Shown: positions 8,407-18,119 of the stretch, piece by piece
Numbering within the stretch: position 1 is the first letter of the stretch
Layout: every line of letters starts with the position of its first letter
Origin: an uncultured delta proteobacterium
Lineage (GTDB): Bacteria; Myxococcota; Myxococcia; Myxococcales; Anaeromyxobacteraceae
Length of the DNA stretch: 64,000 bases
Reading direction: 5' to 3'
Assembly: GCA_963828255.1 (NCBI GenBank)
Contig: CAWHDZ010000011.1
Span: 1 to 64,000, forward strand
The notes under the pieces: generated by a model
Told to the model about the DNA's origin: nothing
The model's database searches: none
What the model saw: only the letters and a program-made list of their open reading frames with translations
Made by a program: the position numbers and the translations under genes

Positions 8407-9492
8407 TCAGGCCCGTGGCTGGGCCCCGATGACCGGAAGGCGCGGCGCCTTCATGACCTGGACGCTGATGGCGGCCGCCACCTGCCCCGCCATGGCCTGG
8501 AAGGCCCGGGCCTGGGGCCCGTCGGGGAGGGCCTCGACCACCGGGACCCCGGCGTCCCCGCCCTGACGGACGGCCAGGTCGAGCGGGATCTCCCCCAGGA
8601 AGCGCATGCCCATTCGCTCGGCCGCGGCTCGGGCCCCGCCGTGGTCGAAGATGGGGGTCTCCTGCCGGCAGTGGGGGCAGACGAAGGTGGACATGTTCTC
8701 GACGATGCCCAGGACCGGGATGCCCACCTTGTCGAACATGAGCTTGGCCCGGATCACGTCGGCGAGCGCCATGTCCTGCGGGGTGGACACCAGCACCACG
8801 CCGGCCGCCTTCACGTTCTGTGCGAGGGTGAGCGGGACGTCGCCCGTCCCCGGGGGCAGGTCGAGGAGCAGGTAGTCGAGCTCGCCCCAGTTCACGTCGC
8901 GCATGAGCTGGAGGAGCGCCCCGGTGACCATGGGGCCGCGCCAGATCATGGCCTGGTCGGGGTCGACGAGGAAGCCGATGGACATGAGCTTGAGGCCGTG
9001 GGCCTCGATGGGGTCGAGCCGGTTGCCGCCGACCGTGTTCGGGCGCTCGGTGACCCCGGTGAGCAGCGGCAGCGACGGCCCGTAGATGTCGGCGTCGAGG
9101 ACGCCCACCTTCGCGCCTGCCCGGGCCAGGGACATGGCCAGGTTGATGGTCACCGTTGACTTTCCGACCCCACCCTTGCCGGCCCCCACGAGGACGATGT
9201 TCTTCACGCCCGGGGTCATGGAGGACTGGGCCACGCCGGGAGCGGAGCGGACCCGGGCCGAGAAGCGGAGCTCCACGCGCGTCGCGCCGGCGCCCCGCAG
9301 GGCGGCCTCGACGTCCCTGGCGATCGTGTCCTTGAGGGGGCAGGCCGGAGTGGTCAGCTCCACCTCGAGGGACGCGGCGTCCCCCTCCACCTTGAGGTCC
9401 TTCACCATCCCCAGCCCCACCAGATCCCGGTGGAGCTCGGGGTCCATCACCTTGCGAAGTGCCGCCATCGCGCCGTCGAGCGTCAGTCCCAT
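8407..9492 (-). CDS. mrp: Mrp/ApbC/NBP35 Fe-S cluster carrier ATPase
   Basis: DPELHRDLV..LTTPACP domain, GKGGVGKST, DADIYGPS, WRGPM, DLPPGTGD, ENMS..CPHC. Confidence 0.95.
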   Translation of the reverse strand: MGLTLDGAMAALRKVMDPELHRDLVGLGMVKDLKVEGDAASLEVELTTPACPLKDTIARDVEAALRGAGATRVELRFSARVRSAPGVAQSSMTPGVKNIVLVGAGKGGVGKSTVTINLAMSLARAGAKVGVLDADIYGPSLPLLTGVTERPNTVGGNRLDPIEAHGLKLMSIGFLVDPDQAMIWRGPMVTGALLQLMRDVNWGELDYLLLDLPPGTGDVPLTLAQNVKAAGVVLVSTPQDMALADVIRAKLMFDKVGIPVLGIVENMSTFVCPHCRQETPIFDHGGARAAAERMGMRFLGEIPLDLAVRQGGDAGVPVVEALPDGPQARAFQAMAGQVAAAISVQVMKAPRLPVIGAQPRA

Positions 9493-9531
9493 CGTGGCGG
9501 GGCTATAGCGGGACGCCCCCGCCGTGGCAAG

Positions 9532-10479
9532 ATGGCCTTCGTGCTGCGCGTGCTTCGGCTCGAGGGGGAGGCGGTCAGGAACGGAGGGCGGGAGCTCGCC
9601 GCGCCGGGGAGCCCGATCTGGGTGGACTGCTCGCCCGAACCGGAGAACCTCGACTGGCTCGCCTCCCGGTTCGGCTTCCACCCTCTCGCGCTGGAGGACG
9701 CGGCCCACGCCGACCAGCGCTCCAAGTTCGAGGACTACCCGGGGACCGACTTCATCGTGCTCCACCGGCTGGCGAGCCATCCCGCCGGTGAGGACGTCGC
9801 CGACCAGGAACTGCACGCCTTCCTCACCGCCGACGCGCTGGTCACCGTTCACGTGGACCGGATCGTCGAGCTCGACGCCGTCTTCGACCGGGTGATGGGC
9901 GACCGGGCCGTCCTGGGGCGCGGCCCCGACTTCGTCCTCTACCTGGTCTACGACGCCATCACCGACGCGCACTTCCACATCGCCGACGAGCTCTCCGACG
10001 AGGTCGAGGTGCTGAACGAGGAGGTTCTCGAGAACCCCCGGGAACGCGAGATGGTCGGCCGCATCGCCGCGCTCCGTCACCGGCTGGCGCACCTGCGCCG
10101 CCGGCTGGCGCCGCAGCGGGAGGTGCTGGCCGCGCTCTCCCGCCCCGGGCAGTCCGTGGTCCGCGAGCGGGCGGTCTTCTACTTCCGCGACGTGCAGGAC
10201 CACGTCGTGCGCATCACCGAGCAGCTCGACGTGTCGCGCGACCTGGCCTCGCAGACCATGGAGATCTACCTCTCCACGGTGAACAACCGGATCTCCTCGG
10301 TCATGGCCCGCATGGCGCTCGTGTCCACCATCTTCCTGCCGCTCACCTTCATCACCAGCGTCTTCGGGATGAACCTGCCCGGGACCGACCGGCTCGTCGG
10401 CTGGTGGCTGGTGGGCGCGACGACGCTCGTCCTGCCTCCCGCGATGTTCCTGCTCTTCAAGAGGCGGGGCTGGTTCTAG
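9532..10479 (+). CDS. corA: CorA family Mg2+/Co2+ transporter
   Basis: FGFHPLALEDA, YFRDVQDH, IFLPLTFITSVFGMN, two C-terminal TM helices. Confidence 0.92.
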   Translation: MAFVLRVLRLEGEAVRNGGRELAAPGSPIWVDCSPEPENLDWLASRFGFHPLALEDAAHADQRSKFEDYPGTDFIVLHRLASHPAGEDVADQELHAFLTADALVTVHVDRIVELDAVFDRVMGDRAVLGRGPDFVLYLVYDAITDAHFHIADELSDEVEVLNEEVLENPREREMVGRIAALRHRLAHLRRRLAPQREVLAALSRPGQSVVRERAVFYFRDVQDHVVRITEQLDVSRDLASQTMEIYLSTVNNRISSVMARMALVSTIFLPLTFITSVFGMNLPGTDRLVGWWLVGATTLVLPPAMFLLFKRRGWF

Positions 10480-11569
10480 CGTTCCGCGGCGCCGGCCGGA
10501 CCGTCACGGTGCCCTCCCCGCCCTCGGCTCCCGCCACCTCGACGTCCACCGGCAGGAACCGCCTGACCACCTCGGCGTTGGTGAGCAGGTGGCGGGTGAT
10601 GTCACTTACAGTGAAAGTGGTGGCGAGGTCCACGGCGGCCGGCCGGGGCACCCTCCCCGCCGCGACGAGCGCGGCAGGCACGAGGAGCTGGTCGGCGAGG
10701 TGGCGGTCCACCGCGCCATGCCCGTCGAGGAACCTGGAAAATCCCGACACGGCCGCGTCGGCGGTCCGATCGGGCTCCCTCCCGCCCTCGCTCGTGGCGG
10801 AGTGTCCGGAGCGGACCCGCTCGAAGCGCGCCACCACCAGGAGGTGGCTCCCGCGGGACGGGCCGCCCGGCATGGGAACGGCCCGTGGCTGGCAGGAGAC
10901 CCCCGCCTCGCGCATCCGGCGCTCCGCGCGGTCGGCCTGCCGCTCGCCCACCGAAAAATCCACCCCCGACACGAGGGACAACACGTCCGCCTCGAGGAGA
11001 GTGCCCCGGTGCCGGAGGTCGAGCGGGGGCATGGCGCGGGCTGGCTGCACGGAGGCGCCGAACTCCCCACCCCCTTCCGGGTAGAACCCGGCCCGCTGGA
11101 GCGTGAGCTCGCACGGGAACCCCAGCCGGGCGACCGCCGGCGCCCAGACGAGCGCCAGGTAGTGGAAGGATGGGCTGTGGTCCTGGTGGGTGCCGCCGAG
11201 GAGGGAGACCTGGGTCGGGGTCCCGGCCAGGGCGAGCGGCCAGCAAAGGGTCTGGAAGAGGAGCGGGGCCGAGCCGGCCGTCCCGATGTCGAACCGCCAG
11301 GACGGCTTCGGCGCAACCGCCCGAGGTTCCATGGAAATCTCGGACGAGCCCACCGAGTCTCCGGCCAGGCTTCCACCGCAGATGGCCGCGGTGGCGCGCG
11401 CCGCGGCGAGGTGCTGCGGGCGGAGGCCGGGCTTCATGCGGCCGTGCCGGATCCGGGAGATGCGGAAGGGATGGCCCGTAACGGCCGAGAGGCTGAGCGC
11501 GGTCCGGAGGATCTGGCCGCCTCCCTCACCCATCCCGCCGTCGAGCTCGATGGGGTCCCGGGGGTCCAC
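10457..11569 (-). CDS. rtcA: RNA 3'-terminal phosphate cyclase
   Basis: IELDGGMGEGGGQILRTALSLS, KPGLRPQHL, GFYPEGGG, HLADQL, TRHLLTN. Confidence 0.95.
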   Translation of the reverse strand: MDPRDPIELDGGMGEGGGQILRTALSLSAVTGHPFRISRIRHGRMKPGLRPQHLAAARATAAICGGSLAGDSVGSSEISMEPRAVAPKPSWRFDIGTAGSAPLLFQTLCWPLALAGTPTQVSLLGGTHQDHSPSFHYLALVWAPAVARLGFPCELTLQRAGFYPEGGGEFGASVQPARAMPPLDLRHRGTLLEADVLSLVSGVDFSVGERQADRAERRMREAGVSCQPRAVPMPGGPSRGSHLLVVARFERVRSGHSATSEGGREPDRTADAAVSGFSRFLDGHGAVDRHLADQLLVPAALVAAGRVPRPAAVDLATTFTVSDITRHLLTNAEVVRRFLPVDVEVAGAEGGEGTVTVRPAPRNARTSPAS

Positions 11570-11621
11570 GTCCGGCCATCTAGAACCCGGTGGCGCCTCC
11601 CGTCAAGGCGCCTGATCTCGC

Positions 11622-11647
11622 TGAAATAGACCGTTCCCCCGGCCGTA
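11622..11647 (+). promoter_or_regulatory. ECF (SigW-type) promoter upstream of the ECF sigma operon
   Basis: TGAAAT-N16-CGTA versus the B. subtilis SigW consensus TGAAAC-N16-CGTA, directly before the sigma gene. Confidence 0.75.
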
Positions 11648-11656
11648 GGGGTTTGC

Positions 11657-12316
11657 ATGGTTGCAGCCCACGCACTCCCGGGGATAGGTTCCCGCCTCTC
11701 CTGGCCCACGACGAAGCAGGTCGAACGGTTCCTCTTGGCGCCCCCATCCCACGATGCAAGCCTCGCCCTCTCCGCGGCCGCCGGCGACCGCCGGGCCTTC
11801 GCTCGGCTCGTCGAGGAGAACAAGCGGTCGGTCTACGGCCTGTGCCTCCGCCTTCTATCCGACCCGGAGGAGGCCCGTGACGCCGCCCAGGAGTCCTTCA
11901 CGCGCGCCTACGCCTCGCTGGAGAGCTACGACCTCGAGCAGGCCTTCGCTCCCTGGGTCCTCCGCATCGCCCGCAACCACTGCCTCGACATGCTCCGCCG
12001 CCGCATCCCGGCGCGCGCCCGGGTCGAGCTCGACGCCGTCGACGAGGACGGGCCTCCGCACGAGCTCCCCGACACCACGTCCGAGCGGGCCGACGACGCC
12101 ATCGAGAAGGCCCAGGTGCGGGAGGCGCTGGAGCGCGCCGTGGCCGCGCTGCCTCCCAACTACCGCGAGGTGGTGCACCTCTTCCACGTCGAGCAGCTCT
12201 CCTACAAGGAGATCGCCTCCACCATGGGCGTCCCCCTCGGAACCGTGATGACGTGGCTGCACCGGGCCCGCGCCCAGCTCAGGAACCTGCTCGAAGGACA
12301 GGAGGTCTCGCCGTGA
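11657..12316 (+). CDS. ECF RNA polymerase sigma factor (SigW/RpoE-like)
   Basis: GDRRAFARLV, EARDAAQESF, WVLRIARNHCLD, LSYKEIA..GTVMTWLHRAR. Start could alternatively be TTG at 11735. Confidence 0.93.
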   Translation: MVAAHALPGIGSRLSWPTTKQVERFLLAPPSHDASLALSAAAGDRRAFARLVEENKRSVYGLCLRLLSDPEEARDAAQESFTRAYASLESYDLEQAFAPWVLRIARNHCLDMLRRRIPARARVELDAVDEDGPPHELPDTTSERADDAIEKAQVREALERAVAALPPNYREVVHLFHVEQLSYKEIASTMGVPLGTVMTWLHRARAQLRNLLEGQEVSP

Positions 12317-12831
12317 TCGACCACCGTCACCTCACCGACGACGAGGCCCAGCTTCACCTCGAGTCCGGCCTGTCCGCGCCGGAGGGCGCCCGGGTGGAGA
12401 CCCACCTGGCCGGGTGCCCGTCCTGCCGTGCGCTCGTGTCGTCCTTCCAGGCCCTCTCCGAGGCGCTCACGTCGATGCCGGTCGCCGAGCCCCCCGCCGA
12501 CTTCACCGCCGTCGTCATGGCCCGCATCGACGAGCGCGAGCTCGCGCGGGCCAGCGAGCGCCGGGCCACCCTGGCCGTCCTCGGGGCGGTGGCCGTCTCG
12601 CTGGTGGTGGCGCTGGCGTTCGCCGGCCAGGCCGCCTGGGCCCCGGCGCTCTCCGCGGTCTCCACCGGGGCGGTGAAGGCCCTCTACGCCTTCCGCATCA
12701 CCTCCGACGTCGTCTCGCCGCTCATCTCGGCGCTGCGCCTCCAGATCATCGTGGTGGCCGCGGCCGTCGGCATCCCGCTCACCCTCGCACTCTCCCGCCT
12801 GGCGGCTCCTCGCCAAGGCCAGGCCGCCTGA
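12313..12831 (+). CDS. Membrane zinc-binding anti-sigma factor (zf-HC2/ZAS)
   Basis: HLAGCPSC (HxxxCxxC) motif, PPADFTAVVMARI, then two TM helices. GTGA overlap with the sigma gene. Confidence 0.9.
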   Translation: MIDHRHLTDDEAQLHLESGLSAPEGARVETHLAGCPSCRALVSSFQALSEALTSMPVAEPPADFTAVVMARIDERELARASERRATLAVLGAVAVSLVVALAFAGQAAWAPALSAVSTGAVKALYAFRITSDVVSPLISALRLQIIVVAAAVGIPLTLALSRLAAPRQGQAA

Positions 12832-12844
12832 CCCGGGACACGCC

Positions 12845-14560
12845 ATGCTCTCCGCACTCCTCCTCGCCTTCGCCCTCGCCGCCCCTCCGGGCCTTCCGGC
12901 TCCGCCCCCGCCGCCCGCGCCGCCCGCGCCGCGCGCCTTCGCCACCCCGGGCCGCGACGCGCGTCTCCAGGGAGACTGGCCGGAGAAGCCAAACCCGGCC
13001 AGGGTCACCCTCCGGGACGGCAAGATCAGCGTGGACAAGGCGCTCCGGAAGATCGCCGACAGCGCTGGCTGGAGCATGGTCGCCAACACCGGTCGGGCCG
13101 GCGACCGGTTGCTCGTCCTCGACCTGCGCGACGTCCCGGTGGAGGACGCGCTCGTGGCCGTCCTCGAGGGCACGCCCCTCTCCGCCATCCGGCGTGGCGA
13201 CACCATCACCGTGGCTCCGCGTGCCACGCGCGTGGCCGAGACGCCCGTTCTCTCCGGGTTCGAGACCCCCTCTGGAAAGAAGGTCACTGCGAACTTCACG
13301 GATGCCCCGGTGGACAAGGCGCTGCGGCAGATCGCCGAGGCAGCCGGGTGGTCCATCGTGCTCCCCCCCGGCCTCCGCGGCGCCGTGAACGCGAACTTCC
13401 GGGCCAGCCCGGCGGAGGACGCCCTGAAGGCGGTCCTCTCCCAGGCCGGACTGTCCGCGGCCCGGGACGGCGCCATCGTGACCGTGACCCGCGAGTCGGG
13501 TCCCCGGGTGATCGTCCGGGGCGACAAGCGCCGCATCGTCTTCGACGGCGACGGCGAGGTGCTCACGGATGACATTCGCGGCATCGCCGAGGAGGCGCGC
13601 CAGGCCGCCGCCGAGGCCATGCGGGACGCCCAGAGCGACGTGCAGGTGGAGCAGCACGCCGGCGGCGCCGAGGACGGCGAGAAGGGCGGGCGTGACAAGG
13701 TGGTCACCGGCGACGTGACGATCGGACCCGGCGAGCGCTGGAGGGACGTGGTCGCGCTGCGCGGCAACGTGCGCATGGGCGCCGGGTCGTCGGCCCGGCA
13801 GGTCACGGCCGTGCTGGGATCGGTGGAACTCGAGCCCGGCGCCACGGTGGACCGCGAGGTGGTCGCCGTGGGTGGAAACGTCCACGTCGCTTCCGGGGCG
13901 CACGTCGGCGCAGACGTGGTGAGCGTCGGAGGCGAGGTGTCCATCGATCAGGGCGGTGTCGTGGAGGGGCAGGAGGTGTCGGTGAGCGTTCCGGGATTCG
14001 CCGGGCTCCTCGGCCTCGCCTCTCCCAGTCCCGCCACCTCCAAGGGGATCTCGGCTGGCCTCCAGATCGGCCAGGCGATCGCCAAGTTCGTGGTCTTCTT
14101 CCTCCTCGCCCTGCTGCTGCGGGCCGTCGCCCCGGCCCGGCTCGACCGGGTGACCGCGAGCCTCACCCGGGCGCCGTTCCGCGACGTGCTGTACGGCCTG
14201 CTCGGAACCATCGCCATGCCGGTGCTGACGGTCCTCCTGGCGGTCACGATCGTCGGGATCCTGCTCATCCCGGTCCAGGTCATCGCGATCATCATCGCCG
14301 CCATCCTCGGCTACACGGCGCTGGCGCTCCTCATCGGCCGGGCCATCCCCATCGGCGAGCGAAGGGCCGACGGGGTCATCCAGCTCGCCATCGGGACCGG
14401 GATCGTGGTGCTCGTGAGCGAGATCCCGTTCGTGGGCGTTCTCGCGATGCTGTCGGCCTGGCTGCTCGTCTTCGGGGCCGTGCTCCGGTCCCGCGGCGGG
14501 CAGCCCTCCCCGATCGCGCCCATCCCCACCGCCCCCGTCGCACCGAGCCCGGGAACTTGA
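12845..14560 (+). CDS. Membrane protein: signal peptide, two STN-like domains, bactofilin-like beta-helix repeats, multi-pass TM domain
   Basis: Duplicated unit VDKALRKIADSAGWSMV / VDKALRQIAEAAGWSIV. Repeats DVVALRGNV, QVTAVLGSV, EVVAVGGNV, DVVSVGGEV. About five hydrophobic helices at the C-terminus. Confidence 0.8.
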   Translation: MLSALLLAFALAAPPGLPAPPPPPAPPAPRAFATPGRDARLQGDWPEKPNPARVTLRDGKISVDKALRKIADSAGWSMVANTGRAGDRLLVLDLRDVPVEDALVAVLEGTPLSAIRRGDTITVAPRATRVAETPVLSGFETPSGKKVTANFTDAPVDKALRQIAEAAGWSIVLPPGLRGAVNANFRASPAEDALKAVLSQAGLSAARDGAIVTVTRESGPRVIVRGDKRRIVFDGDGEVLTDDIRGIAEEARQAAAEAMRDAQSDVQVEQHAGGAEDGEKGGRDKVVTGDVTIGPGERWRDVVALRGNVRMGAGSSARQVTAVLGSVELEPGATVDREVVAVGGNVHVASGAHVGADVVSVGGEVSIDQGGVVEGQEVSVSVPGFAGLLGLASPSPATSKGISAGLQIGQAIAKFVVFFLLALLLRAVAPARLDRVTASLTRAPFRDVLYGLLGTIAMPVLTVLLAVTIVGILLIPVQVIAIIIAAILGYTALALLIGRAIPIGERRADGVIQLAIGTGIVVLVSEIPFVGVLAMLSAWLLVFGAVLRSRGGQPSPIAPIPTAPVAPSPGT

Positions 14561-14630
14561 GCCGGTCCCCCGCAGGCTGCACCCCCGGGGGGTTCTTGAG
14601 CAAACGGCCTTTCGGTGGGGTACTGCCGGG

Positions 14631-15233
14631 ATGAACCTCTGCCGACTCGCAGCTCTCGCCGCGTCCTCCGCCGTCCTGGCCTGCGCCACGCCGTCCGGGG
14701 CGCCCGTGCCGGTGACCACCCCCGCGGTCGGGGAGACCAGGCCGCCGGGCTTCGAGGCCACCGGGGAGGTCTTCTTCGACGCGCAGGGCTCGGGCACGAG
14801 CGTGGCCTTCAGCGACTTCCGCATGGTCGGACCGCGGGTGAACATGACCCGGGCCGACGACGGCAGCTGGCGCGGCAACGTGGGCGACAGGGACATGATC
14901 CTGAAGGTCCAGCCGGGGCGCATCAGCGGCGACGGGGTGGACCTCTACGTGGTGAAGAAGCCGGGGACGGTCCCGGCCGTGAGCATCCAGGGCATGTACT
15001 TCCAGCGCCAGGTCTGGCTCACGCTGAAGGCCGGCGAGATCCAGGGCACCACCGACGGCGGGAGATGCTCCTTCGACTTGAACCCCGCCAAGGCTCCCGG
15101 CTACTGGAGCGGAGGCGTCGGCTGCGGCGGAAACATCCGGATGGGAACGCTGCAACTGACCGGTTCCGCAGCCAACCTGGGCGAGCCGCCCATGCCCCAG
15201 CTCGTGCTGGCCTTGATCGCCGTCCTCCCCTGA
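14631..15233 (+). CDS. Hypothetical lipoprotein
   Basis: Lipobox AVLA-C, beta-rich body, good codon bias. Confidence 0.75.
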   Translation: MNLCRLAALAASSAVLACATPSGAPVPVTTPAVGETRPPGFEATGEVFFDAQGSGTSVAFSDFRMVGPRVNMTRADDGSWRGNVGDRDMILKVQPGRISGDGVDLYVVKKPGTVPAVSIQGMYFQRQVWLTLKAGEIQGTTDGGRCSFDLNPAKAPGYWSGGVGCGGNIRMGTLQLTGSAANLGEPPMPQLVLALIAVLP

Positions 15234-15252
15234 CGCACGCCGTCGGTGGTCG

Positions 15253-17181
15253 TCAAGGCTTCCGGGGCACCCGCACCGGAAGCCGCGCCAGCGCCTCGCG
15301 CGCCGCGCGCCGTACCTCGGCGTCGTAGTCGGAGCGGAGCGCCTCCAGCCTCGGCGACGCCGGCTCGTACCGGAGCCGGCCGACCGCGCGGGCCGCCGCC
15401 GCGCGAACCGTGGGCCGGTCGGAGAGGAGCTCCGCCGAGAGCGCCTCCCCCGCGTCCACCGACCCGAGCGCCGCGAGCCCCTCCACGATCTCGAGGCTGC
15501 CGATCGCCCCATCCCCCTGGAGGGCGGCGAGCAGGACGGGGACACCGGCCGGTGCTCCCAGCCGCCCGATGGCGCTCGCCGCCGCCGGGGCCAGGGCCCC
15601 GCCGAGGAGCGGCGAGAGGAGCGGCAGCGACGACGGGGCCCCGGTGGCGCCGAGGGCCTGGACGATGGCCTCGACCTCCCCGGGATCTCCCGATCGGCTG
15701 GTGAGCGCCGCGGCGAGAGGCGCGACCGCGGCATCCCCGAGTTGCCCGAGCCCGAGATAGGCGGCCCGACGGACATCCGGGTCCGGGTCCGCCGACAGGA
15801 GCGCGAGCGCCGCGGCCGTCCCCCTCTGCCGCGCGGCGGAGAGCGCCCGGCACGCGGCCACGCGCAGGCGGGGGTCGGTCTCGCTCCCGAGCCTGGCCGC
15901 GATCGAACCGGACTTCTCCGGCGCGAGCCTGGCCAGGGCCACGGCGATCTCGGCCTGCTCCTCGACGTCGGAGGGCTTCAGCGCGGCGAGGCGCCGCTGC
16001 AGGGCGGGGACGGCCGGCGGGAACGGAGCGACCCCCAGGGCACGCGCGGCCGAGCTGCGAACGGCGCCGTCGGTGCTGCCGGAGAGCAGCACGACCGCCT
16101 TCTCGGCGGGCGCCCGGAGCCTGTCGGGCGGGAGGCGGAGGGCGCCGAGAGCGGCGAGCCCCGCGATGGCCTCGTCCCCTCCCCGGCCGATCCTCTGCAC
16201 GAGGGGGCGCTCGGGGCAGTCGGCGGCCCTGTCGCGCGCCGCGGCCGCGGCGGCGCCGGTGACGGCCGGGTCCATTGCGCGGACCGCGACCTCGCACAGG
16301 GCCACGCCCACCGCGGGTGCGGGAGGAAAGCCGTCGAGTGCGGCCACCGCGCTCGCAGCGAGCCGCGACGGCGCGCGGCTCCCCAGGTCGGCGAGGGAAC
16401 CCGCCGCCTGCGCATCGCCGATCCGACCGAGAGCCCAGGCCGCTGCCTCCGAGACCGAGGCCGGCCGGCCGAAGAGCGCCGTCTCCAGCGGCGCGACGGC
16501 GGTGCGGTCCCCGGCCATGCCCAGGCCGTGCGCGGCTGCCGCTGCGAGAAGGGGGGGCGACGCCTCGTCCTCGAGCAGCTCGACGAGGAGCTTGACCGCA
16601 TCCGCGCGGCCGCTCCGGCCCAGTTCCTCGGCCGCCCCGGCCCGCGCAGTGGGGGAGCCGCCCCGGAGCTCCCGCGCGTTCTGCTCCCAGAGCTGGCGGG
16701 CCTCCACCTCGACCGCCTCGCGCAGGGAGGTCCCGAGGGCGTGGAGGGCGGAGGCGATGGCGAGGCGCGTCCGGGAATCGGCGCGTCCGTAGGCCTGCGC
16801 CAGGGCGCGCCCGGCCCGCTCGTTCATCTCGGCCGCGAGCCGGGCGTCGGGGCCGCCGCCGCCGGGGCGCAGGGTGGCGAGGGCGTGGGCCGCAGCGGAC
16901 ATCACCCCCGGGTCGGTGTCCGCGAGCATCGCCGAGAGGGCCTCGAGCGACCGGGCGCCTCCCCGGGCGCCCAGGGCCGCCGCCGCGGCGGCGCGAACCC
17001 GCGGATGCGGATCCTGCTGGGCGACGAGAAGCGCGGCGAGCTCCGAGGCGTCCCGCGGGTCGGTCAGCCGCGCGACCGCGGCTGCGCGCCTGGCCGGATT
17101 GGCCGAGGAGAGATTGGCCTGGCCCCCGGGCCGGCAGGCCAGGATCGCCGTCGCGAGGACCGCGGCGGCGAGACGCTTCAC
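15253..17181 (-). CDS. HEAT-repeat lipoprotein
   Basis: GTG start MKRLAAAVLATAILA-C overlapping the rluB stop. Repeated DPxxxVRxAAAxALG units. Confidence 0.85.
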   Translation of the reverse strand: MKRLAAAVLATAILACRPGGQANLSSANPARRAAAVARLTDPRDASELAALLVAQQDPHPRVRAAAAAALGARGGARSLEALSAMLADTDPGVMSAAAHALATLRPGGGGPDARLAAEMNERAGRALAQAYGRADSRTRLAIASALHALGTSLREAVEVEARQLWEQNARELRGGSPTARAGAAEELGRSGRADAVKLLVELLEDEASPPLLAAAAAHGLGMAGDRTAVAPLETALFGRPASVSEAAAWALGRIGDAQAAGSLADLGSRAPSRLAASAVAALDGFPPAPAVGVALCEVAVRAMDPAVTGAAAAAARDRAADCPERPLVQRIGRGGDEAIAGLAALGALRLPPDRLRAPAEKAVVLLSGSTDGAVRSSAARALGVAPFPPAVPALQRRLAALKPSDVEEQAEIAVALARLAPEKSGSIAARLGSETDPRLRVAACRALSAARQRGTAAALALLSADPDPDVRRAAYLGLGQLGDAAVAPLAAALTSRSGDPGEVEAIVQALGATGAPSSLPLLSPLLGGALAPAAASAIGRLGAPAGVPVLLAALQGDGAIGSLEIVEGLAALGSVDAGEALSAELLSDRPTVRAAAARAVGRLRYEPASPRLEALRSDYDAEVRRAAREALARLPVRVPRKP

Positions 17182-18119
17182 CGCTTCGAGCCTCGCCCGC
17201 CGGGGCGGCCGCGCCCGCCCGTCCCCGCTGGCCCGCGGGGGGTGGGCCTCTGCCGGCGCGACGCCGATTCGCGGGCCGGCCGTGCCTCCCGCTCCGGCTT
17301 CGGTTCGCGCACCGGGCGCGGCTCGGGGGCGCCGTGGCCGTGCCGGCGCGCCGCGCGCGGAAGCGGGATGGGCGTGGCGTCGCCAGGCTTCGCCTTGGAC
17401 AGCCCCGCCGACCTGCGCAGCGTCTCGACCTCCTCGGGACGGAGGTCGCGGGAGTGGCCGGGCCGGAGGCCGGCCACGCTCACCCCGCCGAACTCGGGGC
17501 GGAAGAGGCGCAGGACGTCGAGGCCGACCGACTCGCAGAGCCGCTTCACCAGGTGGCGGCGCCCCTCCCCGACCACCACCCGGATCCAGGAGTTCTTCTC
17601 GACCCGCTCGTGGAAGGCGGCCTCGAGGGCCTGGGCGGGGCCGTCCTCGAGCCGGACGCCGGCCAGCATGCGGTCGAGGGAGCCGTGCGGGGGATCGCCC
17701 TTCACCTTGACCAGGTAGGTGCGGCGGTGGCCGTAGCGGGGGTGGGCGAGCCGGTTGGCCAGGTCGCCGTCGGTGGTGAAGAGCAGCGCCCCCTCGGCGT
17801 CCCAGTCGAGCCTCCCGACCGGGAAGACCCGCTCCTTCACGGCGCCGAGGTACTGGGCCACGGTGGGGCGCCCCTGGGGATCGGAGAGCGTGGTCACGCA
17901 CCCGGGTGGCTTGTAGAGGAGGAGGTAGCGGGCCCGGGACTGGATCTCGATGGGCTGGCCGTCCACCACCACCAGGTCCTTGCCCGGATCGACACGGGTG
18001 CCCATCTCGGTCACCACCTTGCCGTTCACCGAGACCCGCCCGGCGGCGACGAGCTCCTCGGCCTTGCGGCGGGAGGCGACCCCGGCTCCCGCCAGGAACT
18101 TCTGCAGGCGCTCGCTCAA
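17178..18119 (-). CDS. rluB: 23S rRNA pseudouridine synthase (RluB/RsuA family)
   Basis: ERLQKFLAGAGVASRRKAE S4 domain, YKPPG, VGRLD. TTG start overlaps the scpB stop. Confidence 0.9.
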   Translation of the reverse strand: MSERLQKFLAGAGVASRRKAEELVAAGRVSVNGKVVTEMGTRVDPGKDLVVVDGQPIEIQSRARYLLLYKPPGCVTTLSDPQGRPTVAQYLGAVKERVFPVGRLDWDAEGALLFTTDGDLANRLAHPRYGHRRTYLVKVKGDPPHGSLDRMLAGVRLEDGPAQALEAAFHERVEKNSWIRVVVGEGRRHLVKRLCESVGLDVLRLFRPEFGGVSVAGLRPGHSRDLRPEEVETLRRSAGLSKAKPGDATPIPLPRAARRHGHGAPEPRPVREPKPEREARPARESASRRQRPTPRGPAGTGGRGRPGGRGSKR

